Shown in pieces: positions 1 to 10,697 of a stretch of DNA of 40,197 nt. The position numbers and the translations under genes are program-made. The notes under the pieces are model-generated. The model saw only the letters and a list, made by a program, of their open reading frames with translations. It searched no databases and was not told the origin of the DNA. The DNA is taken from positions 33,496,202 through 33,536,398 of the forward strand of contig NC_068996.1 in the NCBI RefSeq assembly GCF_001194135.2. The letters are read 5' to 3'. Each line of letters begins with the position of its first letter. Within the stretch, counting starts at the first letter, position 1. This stretch comes from Octopus bimaculoides. Taxonomy: Eukaryota.

Positions 1-100
1 ATATATACACATAATATATGTATAATATATAATATATATATATGTATGTATGTATGTGTGTGTGTGTGTGTGTGTGTATGCATGCATGTATATATGTGAG
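1..100. repeat. (AT)n/(ATGT)n/(GT)n microsatellite tract
   Basis: Direct reading of simple repeats. Confidence 0.95.
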
Positions 101-189
101 ATAATAGTTTCACTTTTAATAGTTTCATCATTATCTCACATTGCAATAGAGATGTTATCGCTTCCCTTTTGCACATAATACTGAAATAG

Positions 190-770
190 TGTAAGAGATA
201 AGAGATTGCTCCAGATCAGTCCTGATCTGCACCACTAGACCTCTTCACTCCATCAATTGTAACACATTGAAGCTAAATCCACTGAAGGTTATAGCATTGC
301 AAAGTTTTATGCACTTCCATGAAAATGTCTTCTCCAGTTGTTCCATGCATGCTGCAAATGGATGCCAACTCTTCTCTGATCCAAATTAACATCACGAATG
401 AACACGAGAAGCTGTAATGTACTTGAGAGATCAGTGGACTCATCCAGTGCCAGAGAGTACCACAAGAAGTTCCTAGCTTTCTTGCGTATCTGTAGCACTA
501 TGTTCTCTCCAAGTTCTTCTGTTCTCCACACAACTGAACTTGCTGAATGGCTGATACTTCCAAACAAATTGCTTCCTTAGAACACAAGTCATTTGTTACT
601 TCCATCATGCTTTTGATGAAGTTGCCGTCAGTAAATCCTTTTCCTTGCTCTGCCATCTTATGCACTATTTTGTAACTTGTACAAGTGACAGATTCATTTT
701 CAGCAAACATTCTTGTGAAGAGACTGTTTAAATACGGCAATGCCAGTTAAAACACGATTACTGCAGGAAT
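190..770 (-). mobile_element. Decayed hAT transposase fragment (Charlie/SPIN, GTF2IRD2/EPM2AIP1-like)
   Basis: Minus-strand frames give SYKIVHKMAEQGKGFTDGNFIK, WYSLALDESTDLSSTLQLLVFIRDV (first catalytic Asp motif) and CVTIDGV (VTTDGA-like). The pieces are split by frameshifts. Confidence 0.85.
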
Positions 771-1002
771 GAACTCTCAAAGCAAGTACTTACACAAAAG
801 GTACAGCGTGACAGCAGACCAAATGAACTGACCTTGTAGGCTGTACTTTGGTGACCCCTGTACTAGGTGAAGGAAATCTCTGAAATAAAAACCATTCAAC
901 AGGGACTTGCAACCAGCTGATACTATATTCCATAGAACAATTGACATGAAGCTGTTATAGTTTCATCTATGGATGACTGATAATAACAACAAATATATCT
1001 AC

Positions 1003-1158
1003 AGGCAGCTGTGGCTATTTGATGAAAAACTTGCTTCTCAACCATATGGTCGTGGAATCAGTTCCACTATATACCACCTTGGGCAAATGTCTTCTACTAT
1101 AGCTTCCAGCTGACCAAAACCTTATGAGTAGATTTGGGAAATGGAAACTGAAAGAAGT
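1003..1158 (+). mobile_element. tRNA-derived SINE, 5' part (same family as 10262-10697)
   Basis: Degenerate tRNA-like head followed by ccttgggcaaatgtcttctactatagc...ggaaactgaaagaag. The same block recurs at ~10540-10690, ~21640-21790 and ~22870-22963. Confidence 0.8.
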
Positions 1159-1426
1159 ACAGTGTGTGTGAGTGTGTGTGTCTATGCATGTGTATATGTA
1201 TGTATGTATGTCATTATTCAGTTTAATTTCAAGATTTCTTGCCTATGGAGAAAGAGCTGGTTTCTAACCTAGATCGAAAGTTCTTTCACTGAAATTCCAA
1301 CAGCATTAACAGGGTATTTTTGTTGTGTGTGTGTGTGTGTGTAGTGTAGTTGGTTGTTTTTTGAATAGGTATGCATCTGCATTCATCATTTATATTTGAT
1401 GAATATTTGTCCTCATCTTGTCTGTT

Positions 1427-1464
1427 GTTTTGGCTGATATATTCTCCAGCCTTCATCAGGTGTC
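1427..1464 (-). ncRNA. Degenerate hammerhead ribozyme core (inverted pLTR copy)
   Basis: Minus strand reads GACAC-CTGATGA-aGGCTG-gagaatatat-CAGCC-AAAAC: CUGAUGA box, perfect 5-bp stem II, and GAAAC with G changed to A. The stem III/cleavage triplet is absent. Confidence 0.55.
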
Positions 1465-1645
1465 TTGGGGAAATTTTGAACCTGAGTTCTCATTCCCACC
1501 ATCCATACAGTGTAAAGTGATGGATTGCTCAGTGCCTAAAACATCAAGCAAAGAATATAAGTAGCAATTGTGATACACACCACAAAGAAGTGATCAAGCT
1601 CAATTAAGCGACAACTACCCCCAAAATATACTATCCACTCCAATT

Positions 1646-2166
1646 ATGAAGAAAAGAGAGGATGAAACCAATAAACTGTCTAAAGTCTGTCTACCCTATG
1701 TGAAAGGCCTCTCCAAAAAGATACTAAAGATATGCAGCCCATATGACACCAGGACAGTATTCAAGAGTAATACAATACTTTGCAAATATCTCCTTCAAGT
1801 AAAGCCATCAACAGAAGAGAATATGACCAAAGACTGTGTATACTCCATCCCATGTAGCTGTGGTAGGTTATACAAAAGTGAAACATGCCACCTCCTCAAA
1901 ATAAGGGTAGATGAACATCGCAAAGCAGTGATATGAGAAGATATTGATAAATCGGGTATAGCTGATCATGTATGGAAAAATAGAGACCACCTCCCTGTGT
2001 GGGATGAAGTTAAAATAATAGACAGAAAACACCACTGTAAAATATGAAATCTAAAAGAAGCAGCACATATGCTAGGACACAACAACTTCCTAAACAGACC
2101 GAGTGCAGATATGAGTAACATATGGGAACCAGTATTAAGGAAGGATAGGAAAATATTAGATTTATA
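1646..2166 (+). pseudogene. Penelope GIY-YIG endonuclease domain, with in-frame stops
   Basis: VCLPYVKGLSKKI...CVYSIPCSCGRLYKSETCHLLKIRVDEHRK*...SGIADHVWKNRDHLPVWDEVKIID...LKEA. The frame continues past the stop at 1934-1936 to 2166. Confidence 0.85.
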
Positions 2167-2196
2167 AGCCCTAAAATTCACTCCCTAATTGTCCAT

Positions 2197-2270
2197 GGAG
2201 ATATGACATAGTGATTAAGAGTGCGGGCTACTAACCCCAAGATTCCGAGTTCGATTCCAGGCAGTGACCT
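2197..2270 (+). promoter_or_regulatory. tRNA-like Pol III head (A box/B box); not a functional tRNA gene
   Basis: A-box-like TGACATAGTGA at ~2204, GGG-ctactaa-CCC anticodon-like loop, B-box-like AGTTCGATTCC at ~2248. No acceptor stem evident. Confidence 0.7.
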
Positions 2271-2315
2271 GAACAATACCTTAAGAATGAGAACCCAAGT
2301 TCGAAATTTCACCAA

Positions 2316-2358
2316 GACACCTGATGAATGCTGGAGGGTATATTAGCCAAAACATGTT
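2316..2358 (+). ncRNA. Degenerate hammerhead ribozyme core in the Penelope terminal repeat
   Basis: GACAC-CTGATGA(2321-2327)-atGCTggagggtatattAGCc-AAAAC-a-TGTT. TGTT can pair with GACA (stem I). G12 and the NUH triplet are damaged. Confidence 0.5.
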
Positions 2359-3190
2359 AACAACAAACAAGGGGACAAATAACCGTCAAATGTAAATAAT
2401 GTAAATAATGTACATAATTCCTCATCTTTTAAATATAGAACTCTATTATCTGTATGCATGTTTGCATGTGCATTTTTATGTATGTGTGCATCTGCATGTC
2501 TGTGTGCATGGATGTATGTAAAGTTGAGTGTGTATTCATGTGTGTGGATGTGTATAGTTGTACACTGGTTGTATACTGGAATTGTTCATAATTACATGTT
2601 TATCTCTATGGATCTCTGTGTATCCTGCTGTCATTCTAATGCAACCCTATATATTCCTACCTAAACCCACACATTACCTCCCACTCTCACAGTTGTACAC
2701 ACACCCACATTGTGTATGTGCTGCATGGGTAGTGTCAATAGTGTTGTGTTTCTGTTATTTGCTATGGGTATTTTCTATTTCATGTTGGCATTGTCTTATT
2801 TATGAGAACAGATTCACTTATCATTTATGAGAACAGACTCACTTATTTGTTTTTGTAGTGAATCTTGGGTTTTTAGACAAGATTTTGATACTTATTTGAT
2901 TCAGCTTGCTGCTATGTTGATCTCTAGCATTTTGGTAGAATATGACTGGTTCACAGACATACTGAAAGCAGACCTTGATAGGTGAGGGCATGTTATTGAT
3001 GAGGTCTTTGAAAGGACTCTGTCAGAGTGAACTAACAACCGTTTAATTTGTTCAATTAAATATTACAGAAACCACTGGATAGTTAGTTGGTAAACTAAAG
3101 GAGTGATATTGAACCAATGCGTGTATTTATTTTAATTTTTATTGACATAATGACCCTCCTTAAACACAGATATGCACACATACAGTCATA

Positions 3191-3233
<43 letters not shown>

Positions 3234-3402
3234 ATAGTAGAATAAGAAATAGAAAGTCCTTGATAGCAGTATCATCCATTTGGAAAAAGTGAATAGAAAA
3301 GACTTTTCTGATAATTTTTCCACTTAATAGTTAGTTTACAAAAAAGTGACTCTGATTCAGTTTCTCACTTGAAAGTGGTTTTCAAAATAATAATTTAGAA
3401 TT

Positions 3403-3638
3403 TAAAGTGATGGTTTGTTGCCAACTTAATGTGGCAGTCCTAGGAAAGGGAAGAAAGCTACTGCTATTTAGCCCCAGGAAACACCGTTTCCAGTTGGCGA
3501 TGTGACACAAGCATTCTTTGACCTTAAGTTTTCAAACAGGGGAGATAAGCTGGGTGGAGGTGCTTATCTCCCCTGCTTATCAGCATTCTTCCCTTTCCTA
3601 GGACTGCCACATTAAGTTGGCAGCAAGCCATCACTTTA
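3403..3638. repeat. Nested fold-back element: 57-bp outer arms and 14-bp perfect inner hairpin
   Basis: 3403-3459 is the reverse complement of 3582-3638 (3 mismatches by eye). CAGGGGAGATAAGC (3537-3550) pairs with GCTTATCTCCCCTG (3562-3575). Confidence 0.9.
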
Positions 3639-3789
3639 TCATGCTGCTACTGTATAAGTCTCTCTGAGAGATTTAGAAGTGTAATATTTCTAATTTAGAA
3701 TTTATTTTTACTTAAATAGGGAGTGTTTGATTACAAGCATACACAGATACGGTGGTGCACCAGCATGACCGCAGCCACTTGGCTGAAAC

Positions 3790-3885
3790 ACATAAATAAA
3801 TAAATAAATACACTTACACACACACACACACACACATATCTATACATAATCATATGTAGAGAGAGAGAGAGAGAGAGAGAGAGAT
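3790..3885. repeat. Compound microsatellite (TAAA)n/(CA)n/(GA)n
   Basis: Direct reading. A (TG)n tract is also present at ~3194-3232. Confidence 0.9.
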
Positions 3886-4021
3886 ACATCCACATATACA
3901 TATACATACACATGTACACAAACACACAAAAAGGAACATGGGACCTTATGAATACATAAACATAGAGACCCAAACACATATACATGTATTCATTCACACA
4001 CATATACACATATGTATACAC

Positions 4022-6691
4022 CAGGAGGCGTGCACTCTCAGGTATGCGCTGCATGTCCTGTGATTTTTTTATCCATATCATTGGAAAATTAGATAAAATT
4101 GTTACTTTGTTTCAAAGAAAATCTGTCCAGTTGTTTTTGGAATATTTTGTCTCCCCTTCCCCTCTCTCAGTGACTCGTACTTCTGCTTTGAGAAGTCATG
4201 CTTTGAGAAGACCCGCATGACAGACACTCCCTCTCTGTTGGTTTGTCCCTCCTTCCTGTCTCTCTTAGTGACTTGTTTAAAAGATATGCTAGGCGGAAAG
4301 GTCATTCATAATATTTTGTAACCCCTTCCTCTCTCTCTCAGTGACTCGACAAATTCATTGTGGCATGTCATGCTTTGAGAAGACCGCATGACACCCCCTC
4401 TCTGTCTCTTTGTTAGTATAGAATTTCTGACCGGAACAAGAGCAGTCCCATAATTCTTGAGTTAGCCAGCTGAAATTTTGGAATAGCCTGGCGGTAAGTT
4501 TGAATTTTTTTTATCCAAAACATCTGTTAGCACTATTATATTTTTGGAGTGTTCTGAAAACAAAAATATAATCTATATTATATTTCTTTTTTCAGAAGTA
4601 GCTAATTAATCTTATATTAATTTAACTAAGGTTATTTTTCCGTTTTGTTGAAATTGACTTACAATTTACGCAGACACTTACATGTGTGTTCTTATATAAG
4701 AGCAGCCTTTTATGAAATGAGTAAAATGTGTTTTATAAATGATATTTTGAGAAATAGTTTTTCGAAAAGAGACTTCGATGGAAAACAATTAATTATAAAC
4801 GGTGGGAGACCAACACTGAATTCACCGAATTTGCTACAACAAGAAATTCACAAGACAATTTCAGGTTAATTAGTATGAAAAGAAAAAATGGTTAACTGGA
4901 AGTGCTACACTTAATAAATTATTCTGTTGGCTTTGTTTACTTTTTTGCTTAGAAAAGAATGTTTGGAATGATAAAGGCTGTGATGATTTAAATAATTTAC
5001 ATATGGCTATGCTAAAGCACGAGCGATCTCAAAGGCATATAAAATCTTTGATAGATCTTAAAATATTCGGGAATGTTCGCATAGACTTACAATTAGATGC
5101 ATGTAAAAATCAAAGCATACAACATCATAATGAGAAAGTTAGACGAAACAGATCCATTCTGCAACGATTGATCGATGTTGTTATGTTTTTTAGTCCTCCA
5201 GGAATTATCGTTTCGGGGTCATTTTGAATCTAAAGGCTCTAATAATCGTGGAAATTATGAAGAACTCAAATATTTATTCAGTAAATATGACAAAAAAATG
5301 GAAAGTCATCTAGATACAGCTTCTATCTTCACTGGTCTGTCAAACAGAATTCAAAATTACTTGATCGATGCAATTCATAAAGTTATGTTGAATGAGATGC
5401 AAAAAGAAATTGAGCAAGTTAAGTTTGGGTACTATTCAAGAAGAGTGGTCCCTGTTGTATTTGCGCTTGCACATTATAGATTCATCTATTTCTACGATGT
5501 GCCCAAGTCCACCAATTTGGTAGGAGTTACGCAAAAGATGTGCAAGCGCAAATACAATGGAGGATCGGATAGAGAGGATAAAAATAGGTTTTTAGTCTTT
5601 GTATCTGACCGTTCTTCTGAAACTCTTCTACCACTTGTTAAAAAATTTGTTTTAAAAAAACCTTCACACGTTTTGTGCATACGTGCTAGATAGTCATTGT
5701 AGGATCGACTAGTCACGACTAGCTAGCGCAGATGCACGAGTATGCGAGTGCACGCCCCGGGACCACTCTTCTTGAATAGTACCATCATCCCATACACGCG
5801 CATCATAATCAGCCTTTTTGAACACATTGAAAATCCTGAAGAATGGGATGATACCACCATAAATTCAGCAATTGGATTCTTACATATTTTAAAAGCTCCT
5901 GATTTCTTATTTTAGTTAGAAGTATTCAGTGACATTTTTTCTTTTACTGACGTCTTATTTAACATCGTCCAGGGTAAAAATCATGACATAGTGTATTGTA
6001 AAGAGCAAATAGATAAAACTAGAACTGTACTTGAAAACAAACTTGATAATTTTTCAACCTTTTATATGTTAGGGGAAAAACATGAAGTTGATGCAGGAAT
6101 CAGAATTCAGAGATCCAAAAATATTGAGCCCCAACGACATTATAGAATGCTTTATAACAAAATTATCAGTATAGTAGTTAACCAAATAAAAGCATGATAT
6201 TCATCCTTAGAAGAGTTTGAATTCATGGAACCTTTTAATTTCAACAAAGTTGATGAGTATTGCAAACAATTTCCTGTGGACTCTTTAGATTCTTTAAAAA
6301 TCACTTATGGCAGATTTTTTTATGTAATACGATTACAAAGTGAGCTCAATGTGATGTATTCAATGAAAGATTTTAAAAAGTGAAGTATAAGTCATTTAAT
6401 GAGTCACATTTACAGCAGTGACCTTGTTGAAGCTATGCCAGAACTCTTCAATCTGTGCAAGTTGATTTTGACAATTCCGTCTACCACTGCTTCTGTAGAG
6501 CGATCCTTTTCTGCATTAAGTAGAATCAAAACATACCAAGGAAATGCGACAGGAGAAAGAAGACTGGGTTAGCACTAATGTCAATTGAAAAAGATTTATT
6601 ACAATAATTGATGAAAAGAGAAGATTTCTATGAAAATATGATAGATATATTTGCCCAGAAAGATCGAAGAATTGAATTAATTTATAAATAA
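4022..6691 (+). mobile_element. Decayed hAT transposon (Tip100/ZMYM1-like: TTF zinc finger, DUF4371 and C-terminal dimerisation domain)
   Basis: WLTGSATLNKLFCWLCLLF, QELSFRGHFESKGSNNRGNYEEL...SNRIQNYLI, and C-terminal LILTIPSTTASVERSFSALSRIKTY...ALMSIEK...FAQKDRRIELIYK* (ends 6691). TIR-like start caggaggcgtgcactc at 4022 and ~80-bp subterminal direct repeats (~4160-4240, ~4327-4405). Right end not identified. Confidence 0.88.
5428..5783 (+). mobile_element. Non-autonomous Merlin (IS1016/IS1595-like) derivative inside the hAT transposase
   Basis: Perfect 25-bp TIRs GGTACTATTCAAGAAGAGTGGTCCC (5428-5452 and 5759-5783). Internal peptide KRKYNGG...RFLVFVSDRSSETLLPLVKKFV matches the Merlin motif KRKYNRG...VPDRSAETLLPII. 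No TSD seen. Confidence 0.8.
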
Positions 6692-7629
6692 GGTAAATAA
6701 CATTTTAGAACATTAAAAAAAAATTAATATACTAAAGGGCATATATTGCAGGTTTTGGTTAGTGTTTGTTATAACGTAAGGTTCGACCTTCTTACTTCAG
6801 TATTGTTTTGCAGGAGAAATGGTTCGACTTCTTCATCACACCTTATCTACATAGGTTTTCCTTTCTGTGCTGCTGAGTGTAGTCTATTTACAGCCGTAAA
6901 TGTCTTGTTTCAATCTCAGAGATGTTGACTTCTGCCACAACAGTTTTGGGGGGCTTTTTACAATATTGAATTTTCGCTGTCTTTCATTGTGTGTATTCAT
7001 GTATATGCGTGTATTTTCAATGTGTGTGCGTGAGACGTAGACTTTTAATATACGGAGTTCAGTAAGTCTCAGACTGTTGTCTGCTTGAGTATCAATAATT
7101 TTCCCGAGAAAGCATGAGAAAGCACCTGACTTCTCTTTGAGAGCGTAACGATCTAAAGCCATGGCCATATAATGTAACTAAATGTGTTCTCTTAATTAAA
7201 TAATTTCAAATTGATTCAGCTCGACCAATAGGTATAGGGGCTAATGCAGAATCCTTGCAAAACAAATTTTTGTAAAAATTTTTTTTCGGATTCCTACCTT
7301 TAACAGAGATTCCGAATATACAAAAATATTAACAGAATCCAATTTCATCTTTATTACATTTCACTTATGATTTTTAGACTTTTTTAAGGGAGAGTGAGAA
7401 TGGGAAAGTACTGATGTTTCGAAGAGATATAAAAATATAAAACAATACACTTATTTCAGGCTCATCTCTACAGAGCCATTTTTATTCCCTGCTTATTCTA
7501 AGTCATACAGGGATGATTGCATATTCAGAATCTCCCATATGTAAATCGTAGGAATATGAAAATTTATTTACTGAAAAATTGCCGGGGGGGGGGGGCACAT
7601 TGCCTCCATGAAGTCCAACATTTGAGAGG

Positions 7630-8425
7630 TGTTTTATACATGCCCCCAGCACAGGTGCCAGATATGTGTCACTGGCAACAGCTACAACTATGATTTTACT
7701 TGGCTTAACAAGTCTTCTCAAGCATGGTGCACTGCTAAAAGTCTTGGTCACTAGTCATTGTCTCCATGAGGCCCATCATTCAAAGATCATGCTTCACCAC
7801 CTTGTCCTGTCTTCCTGGGTCTCCCTCTTCCACAGCTTGCTTCCACTGGTAAAGATCTGCACTTCTTCATACAGCTGTCCTCATCCGTACACATCACATG
7901 ATCATACCAACAGAGTTGTCTCTTTTGCACACCATATCTTATGCCTCTTATGCTCAACTTTTCTCTCAAGGTGTTTACAATCTATCATGCATGCACGCTT
8001 ACACTGCACATCCAATGAAGCATACTAGCTTCATTTCTTTCAAGCCTATGTATGTCCTTGGCAGGTATAGCCCACGTTTCACTGCTGCATAGCATAGCTG
8101 TTCGCACACAAGCATCATAGAATCTGCCTTTTACTCTGCAGGAGAGACCGTTTGTTACCGACAAAGGTAGGAGCCCTCTGAACTTTGCCCAACCTATTCT
8201 TATTCTAGCAGCTATGCTTGGAGCATCCACCCCTGTTACTGACTTGGTCACCTAGGTAACGGAAGCTATCAACTACATCTAGTTTTTCCTCCTGGCATTT
8301 GATAGAGTCTATTTTCTGTAGATTTTTAGTGCTTATTGTACCTGTGCACCTTTGACACACAAAACCTATTTTCCCTGTTAACCTTCTTCTGATATTGCTG
8401 CACCTCTTATGTGTCCATGGCTTAC
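7630..8425 (-). mobile_element. RTE-clade LINE, 3' fragment
   Basis: VVDSFRYLGD, ARIRIGWAKFRGLLP, YDACVRTAMLCSSETW, RQLCWYDHV...GRGRPRKT on the minus strand. Confidence 0.88.
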
Positions 8426-8433
8426 ACCAAGTA

Positions 8434-8915
8434 CATCATCATCATCATCATTGTTTAACGTCTGCTTTCTATGCTGGCATGAGTTGGACGGTTTAACTCA
8501 GGGGTGGCAAGCCAGAAGGCTGCACCAGGCTCCAATCTGACCTGGCAAAGTTTCTACAGCTGGATGCCCTTCCTAATGCCAACCACTCCAAGAGTGTAGT
8601 GGGTGCTTTTTACGTTCCACTAGTGCAAGGGCCAGTCAAGTGGTACTGGCATCAACAAAACTTGAATGTTGCTTTTTACATGCCACCGGCACAGGACCAG
8701 TCAGGCAGCACTGGCATCAACCGCACATGAATGGTGCTTTTTATATGCCTCCGGCACACGTACTAATCAGGCAGTACGGTCATCGGCCACAACAATGACT
8801 TCATTTGGCTCAACAAGTCTTCGGAAGTGCAGTTTATTGCCCAATGATTAAAGGTAATAAACTGCGCTTGCGAAGATCTGTTGAGCCAAGTGAAGTCATT
8901 GTTGTGGCCGATGAC
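8434..8915 (-). mobile_element. RTE-tail element (RTE 3' UTR or RTE-mobilised SINE) with (GAT)n tail
   Basis: (CAT)n followed by tgtttaacgtctgctttc...gtttctacagctggatgcccttcctaatgccaacc, shared with 18627, 20878, 29756 and 38866 copies. Confidence 0.8.
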
Positions 8916-8994
8916 AGTAATCTTATGGAATTTCTACCTACACCTTTTCTACAGATCAAGTAAAGCCATCTACCTGAGGGTATTTGTATATATA

Positions 8995-10233
8995 TCAGGT
9001 CATTAAGAATGAAATGTCTGATTTTCTTATGCACCAAGTTTGACAGTTGTTAACTCTAATGTTTTATCCTGACAATTCTTTGTTTCACAACATTGAAGAG
9101 TTACATCATTACTTTTTGAACTGCAATCCATGGTGTGTGATTATATTGAGTTTTGTCTTGTAAATCAATTCTTGTGAACCCATGGATAGGTAAAAAATTC
9201 ATGTTGTTTATGAATATGAGTTCTGTTGGGGAACCAATGCAGCTCAGACAGTTGAAATATCAATGAGGTATTTAATGAAGGCATGGCAAATGAGTGCACT
9301 CTCTGTTGATGGTTTGAGAAGTTCCCGTCTGGTGACTTTACTCTTGATAATCAGTCCCATGGTATAGCTGAGACCAAGGTGGATAATGATGAGCTGGAAA
9401 CTATAATGGAAGCAGATACATCTCAAACATTAGATAGCAGCAAGGTTTGATGTTTTGATTCCAGCTGTATTGGACCATCTGAAACAAATCGGCAAGGTAA
9501 AGAAGCTAGACAAGTGAATACCACACAAACTGAACAAGCATCAAATGATATGTTGTCTTGAAACTTGCTGTTCTTTGCTGTCAGGACATAAAAGCAAACC
9601 ATGTTTGCATTGTATTGTTATGTTTGATGAAAAATGAATTCTTTTCAACAATAGCAAGCATTCTGCATCGTAGTTGGATAGAGACGAAGTGCCAAAACAC
9701 AAACTAAAAAAGAATATTCACCAAAACAGCTAATGGTCCCATTTTGGTGTCATCTATTACAACTTCATGAGACCTAGTAAGTCAATTACAACGGATGTAT
9801 ACATCAACCAATTGAATGAAATGATGAGTGGACTTACAATTAAACAACCGAGATTGGCCAATAGACAATGCTCAACCACATGTTGCACAAAGAATGCTAC
9901 TCAAATTACAGGAACTGAACTTGGAAGTACTCCGTCAACCATAATATTCACCAGACCTTGCACCTACTAACTATCATGTTTTCCAGGCATTAGACAACTT
10001 TTTGCAAGGAAAAAACTTCAAATTTGAAGAAGATGCAAAAATAGCCTTTTGTGATTCCATCACCTCTTACTCTCCAGAATTCTTTGCTGCCAGCATAAAT
10101 AAGCTATCGATAAAATAGCAAAATTGTGTTGATAATTAAGGTACATACTTTGATTAACTGCATTGCTTTTTGTTGAGATAAAATGAAATAAACTTTCAGC
10201 TCAAAATCGGACATTTCATTCTTAATGACCTGA
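8995..10233 (+). mobile_element. Full-length but decayed mariner element (Hsmar1/cecropia-like)
   Basis: ~31-bp TIRs TCAGGTCATTAAGAATGAAATGTC(T/C)GATTTT flanked by TA (8993-8994, 10234-10235), length 1239 bp. Remnant motifs KKLDK*IPHKL (WVPHEL), IVMFDEK* (TCDEKW) and YSPDLAPTNYHVF. Many stops and frameshifts. Confidence 0.92.
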
Positions 10234-10261
10234 TACATACACACACACAGGTCACTCTCTA

Positions 10262-10468
10262 TATACTTTTATTTGTTTCAATCATTTGACTGTGGCCATG
10301 CTAGAATACCGCCTTTAGTCAAGCAAATTGACCCCAGGACTTATTCTTTGTAAGCCTAGTACTTATTCCATCGGTCTTGTTTGCCGAACTGCTAGATTAT
10401 AAGAACGTAAACACACTAGCATCGGTTGTCAAGCGATGTTGGGGCGACAAACACAGACACACAAACAC

Positions 10469-10523
<55 letters not shown>

Positions 10524-10697
10524 CATATGTAGATACAACGGGCTTCTTTCAGTTTCTGCCTACCAAATCCACTCACAAGGCTTTGGTCAGCCTGAAGCTA
10601 TAGTAGAAGACACTTGCTCAAGGTGCCACGCAGTGTGACTGAACCAGGAACCATGTGGTTGGTAAGCAAGCTACTTACTGCACAGCCACTCTTGCTT
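10262..10697 (-). mobile_element. Full-length tRNA-derived SINE with central (TA)n/(CA)n microsatellite
   Basis: tRNA-like head at ~10620-10697, conserved body, microsatellite at ~10450-10530, 3' domain gaataagtcctggggtcaatttgcttgac on the minus strand. Confidence 0.85.

Larger units (their letters stand above)
1385..2445 (+). mobile_element. 5'-truncated Penelope-like retroelement with inverted terminal-repeat copy
   Basis: GIY-YIG endonuclease remnant. 1385-1497 is the reverse complement of ~2283-2400, the inverted pLTR arrangement typical of PLEs. Confidence 0.85.

Noticed and set aside
2197-2270. Functional tRNA gene
   Set aside because: No acceptor stem, damaged D and T arms, no terminator, and embedded in a retroelement.
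2458-2830. Cys/Val/Tyr-rich hydrophobic ORFs (also 3731-4081, 15008-15476, 38850-39501)
   Set aside because: Translations of (TG)n, (TA)n, (CT)n and (ATCT)n low-complexity DNA.
6750-7170. Possible piggyBac C-terminal Cys-rich remnant on the minus strand
   Set aside because: Only vague resemblance, the Cys pattern is not intact, and there is no TTAA/CCC terminus. Needs an HMM search.
7500-7545. Right TIR of the 4022 hAT element
   Set aside because: Only patchy similarity to the reverse complement of the left end, and no 8-bp TSD.
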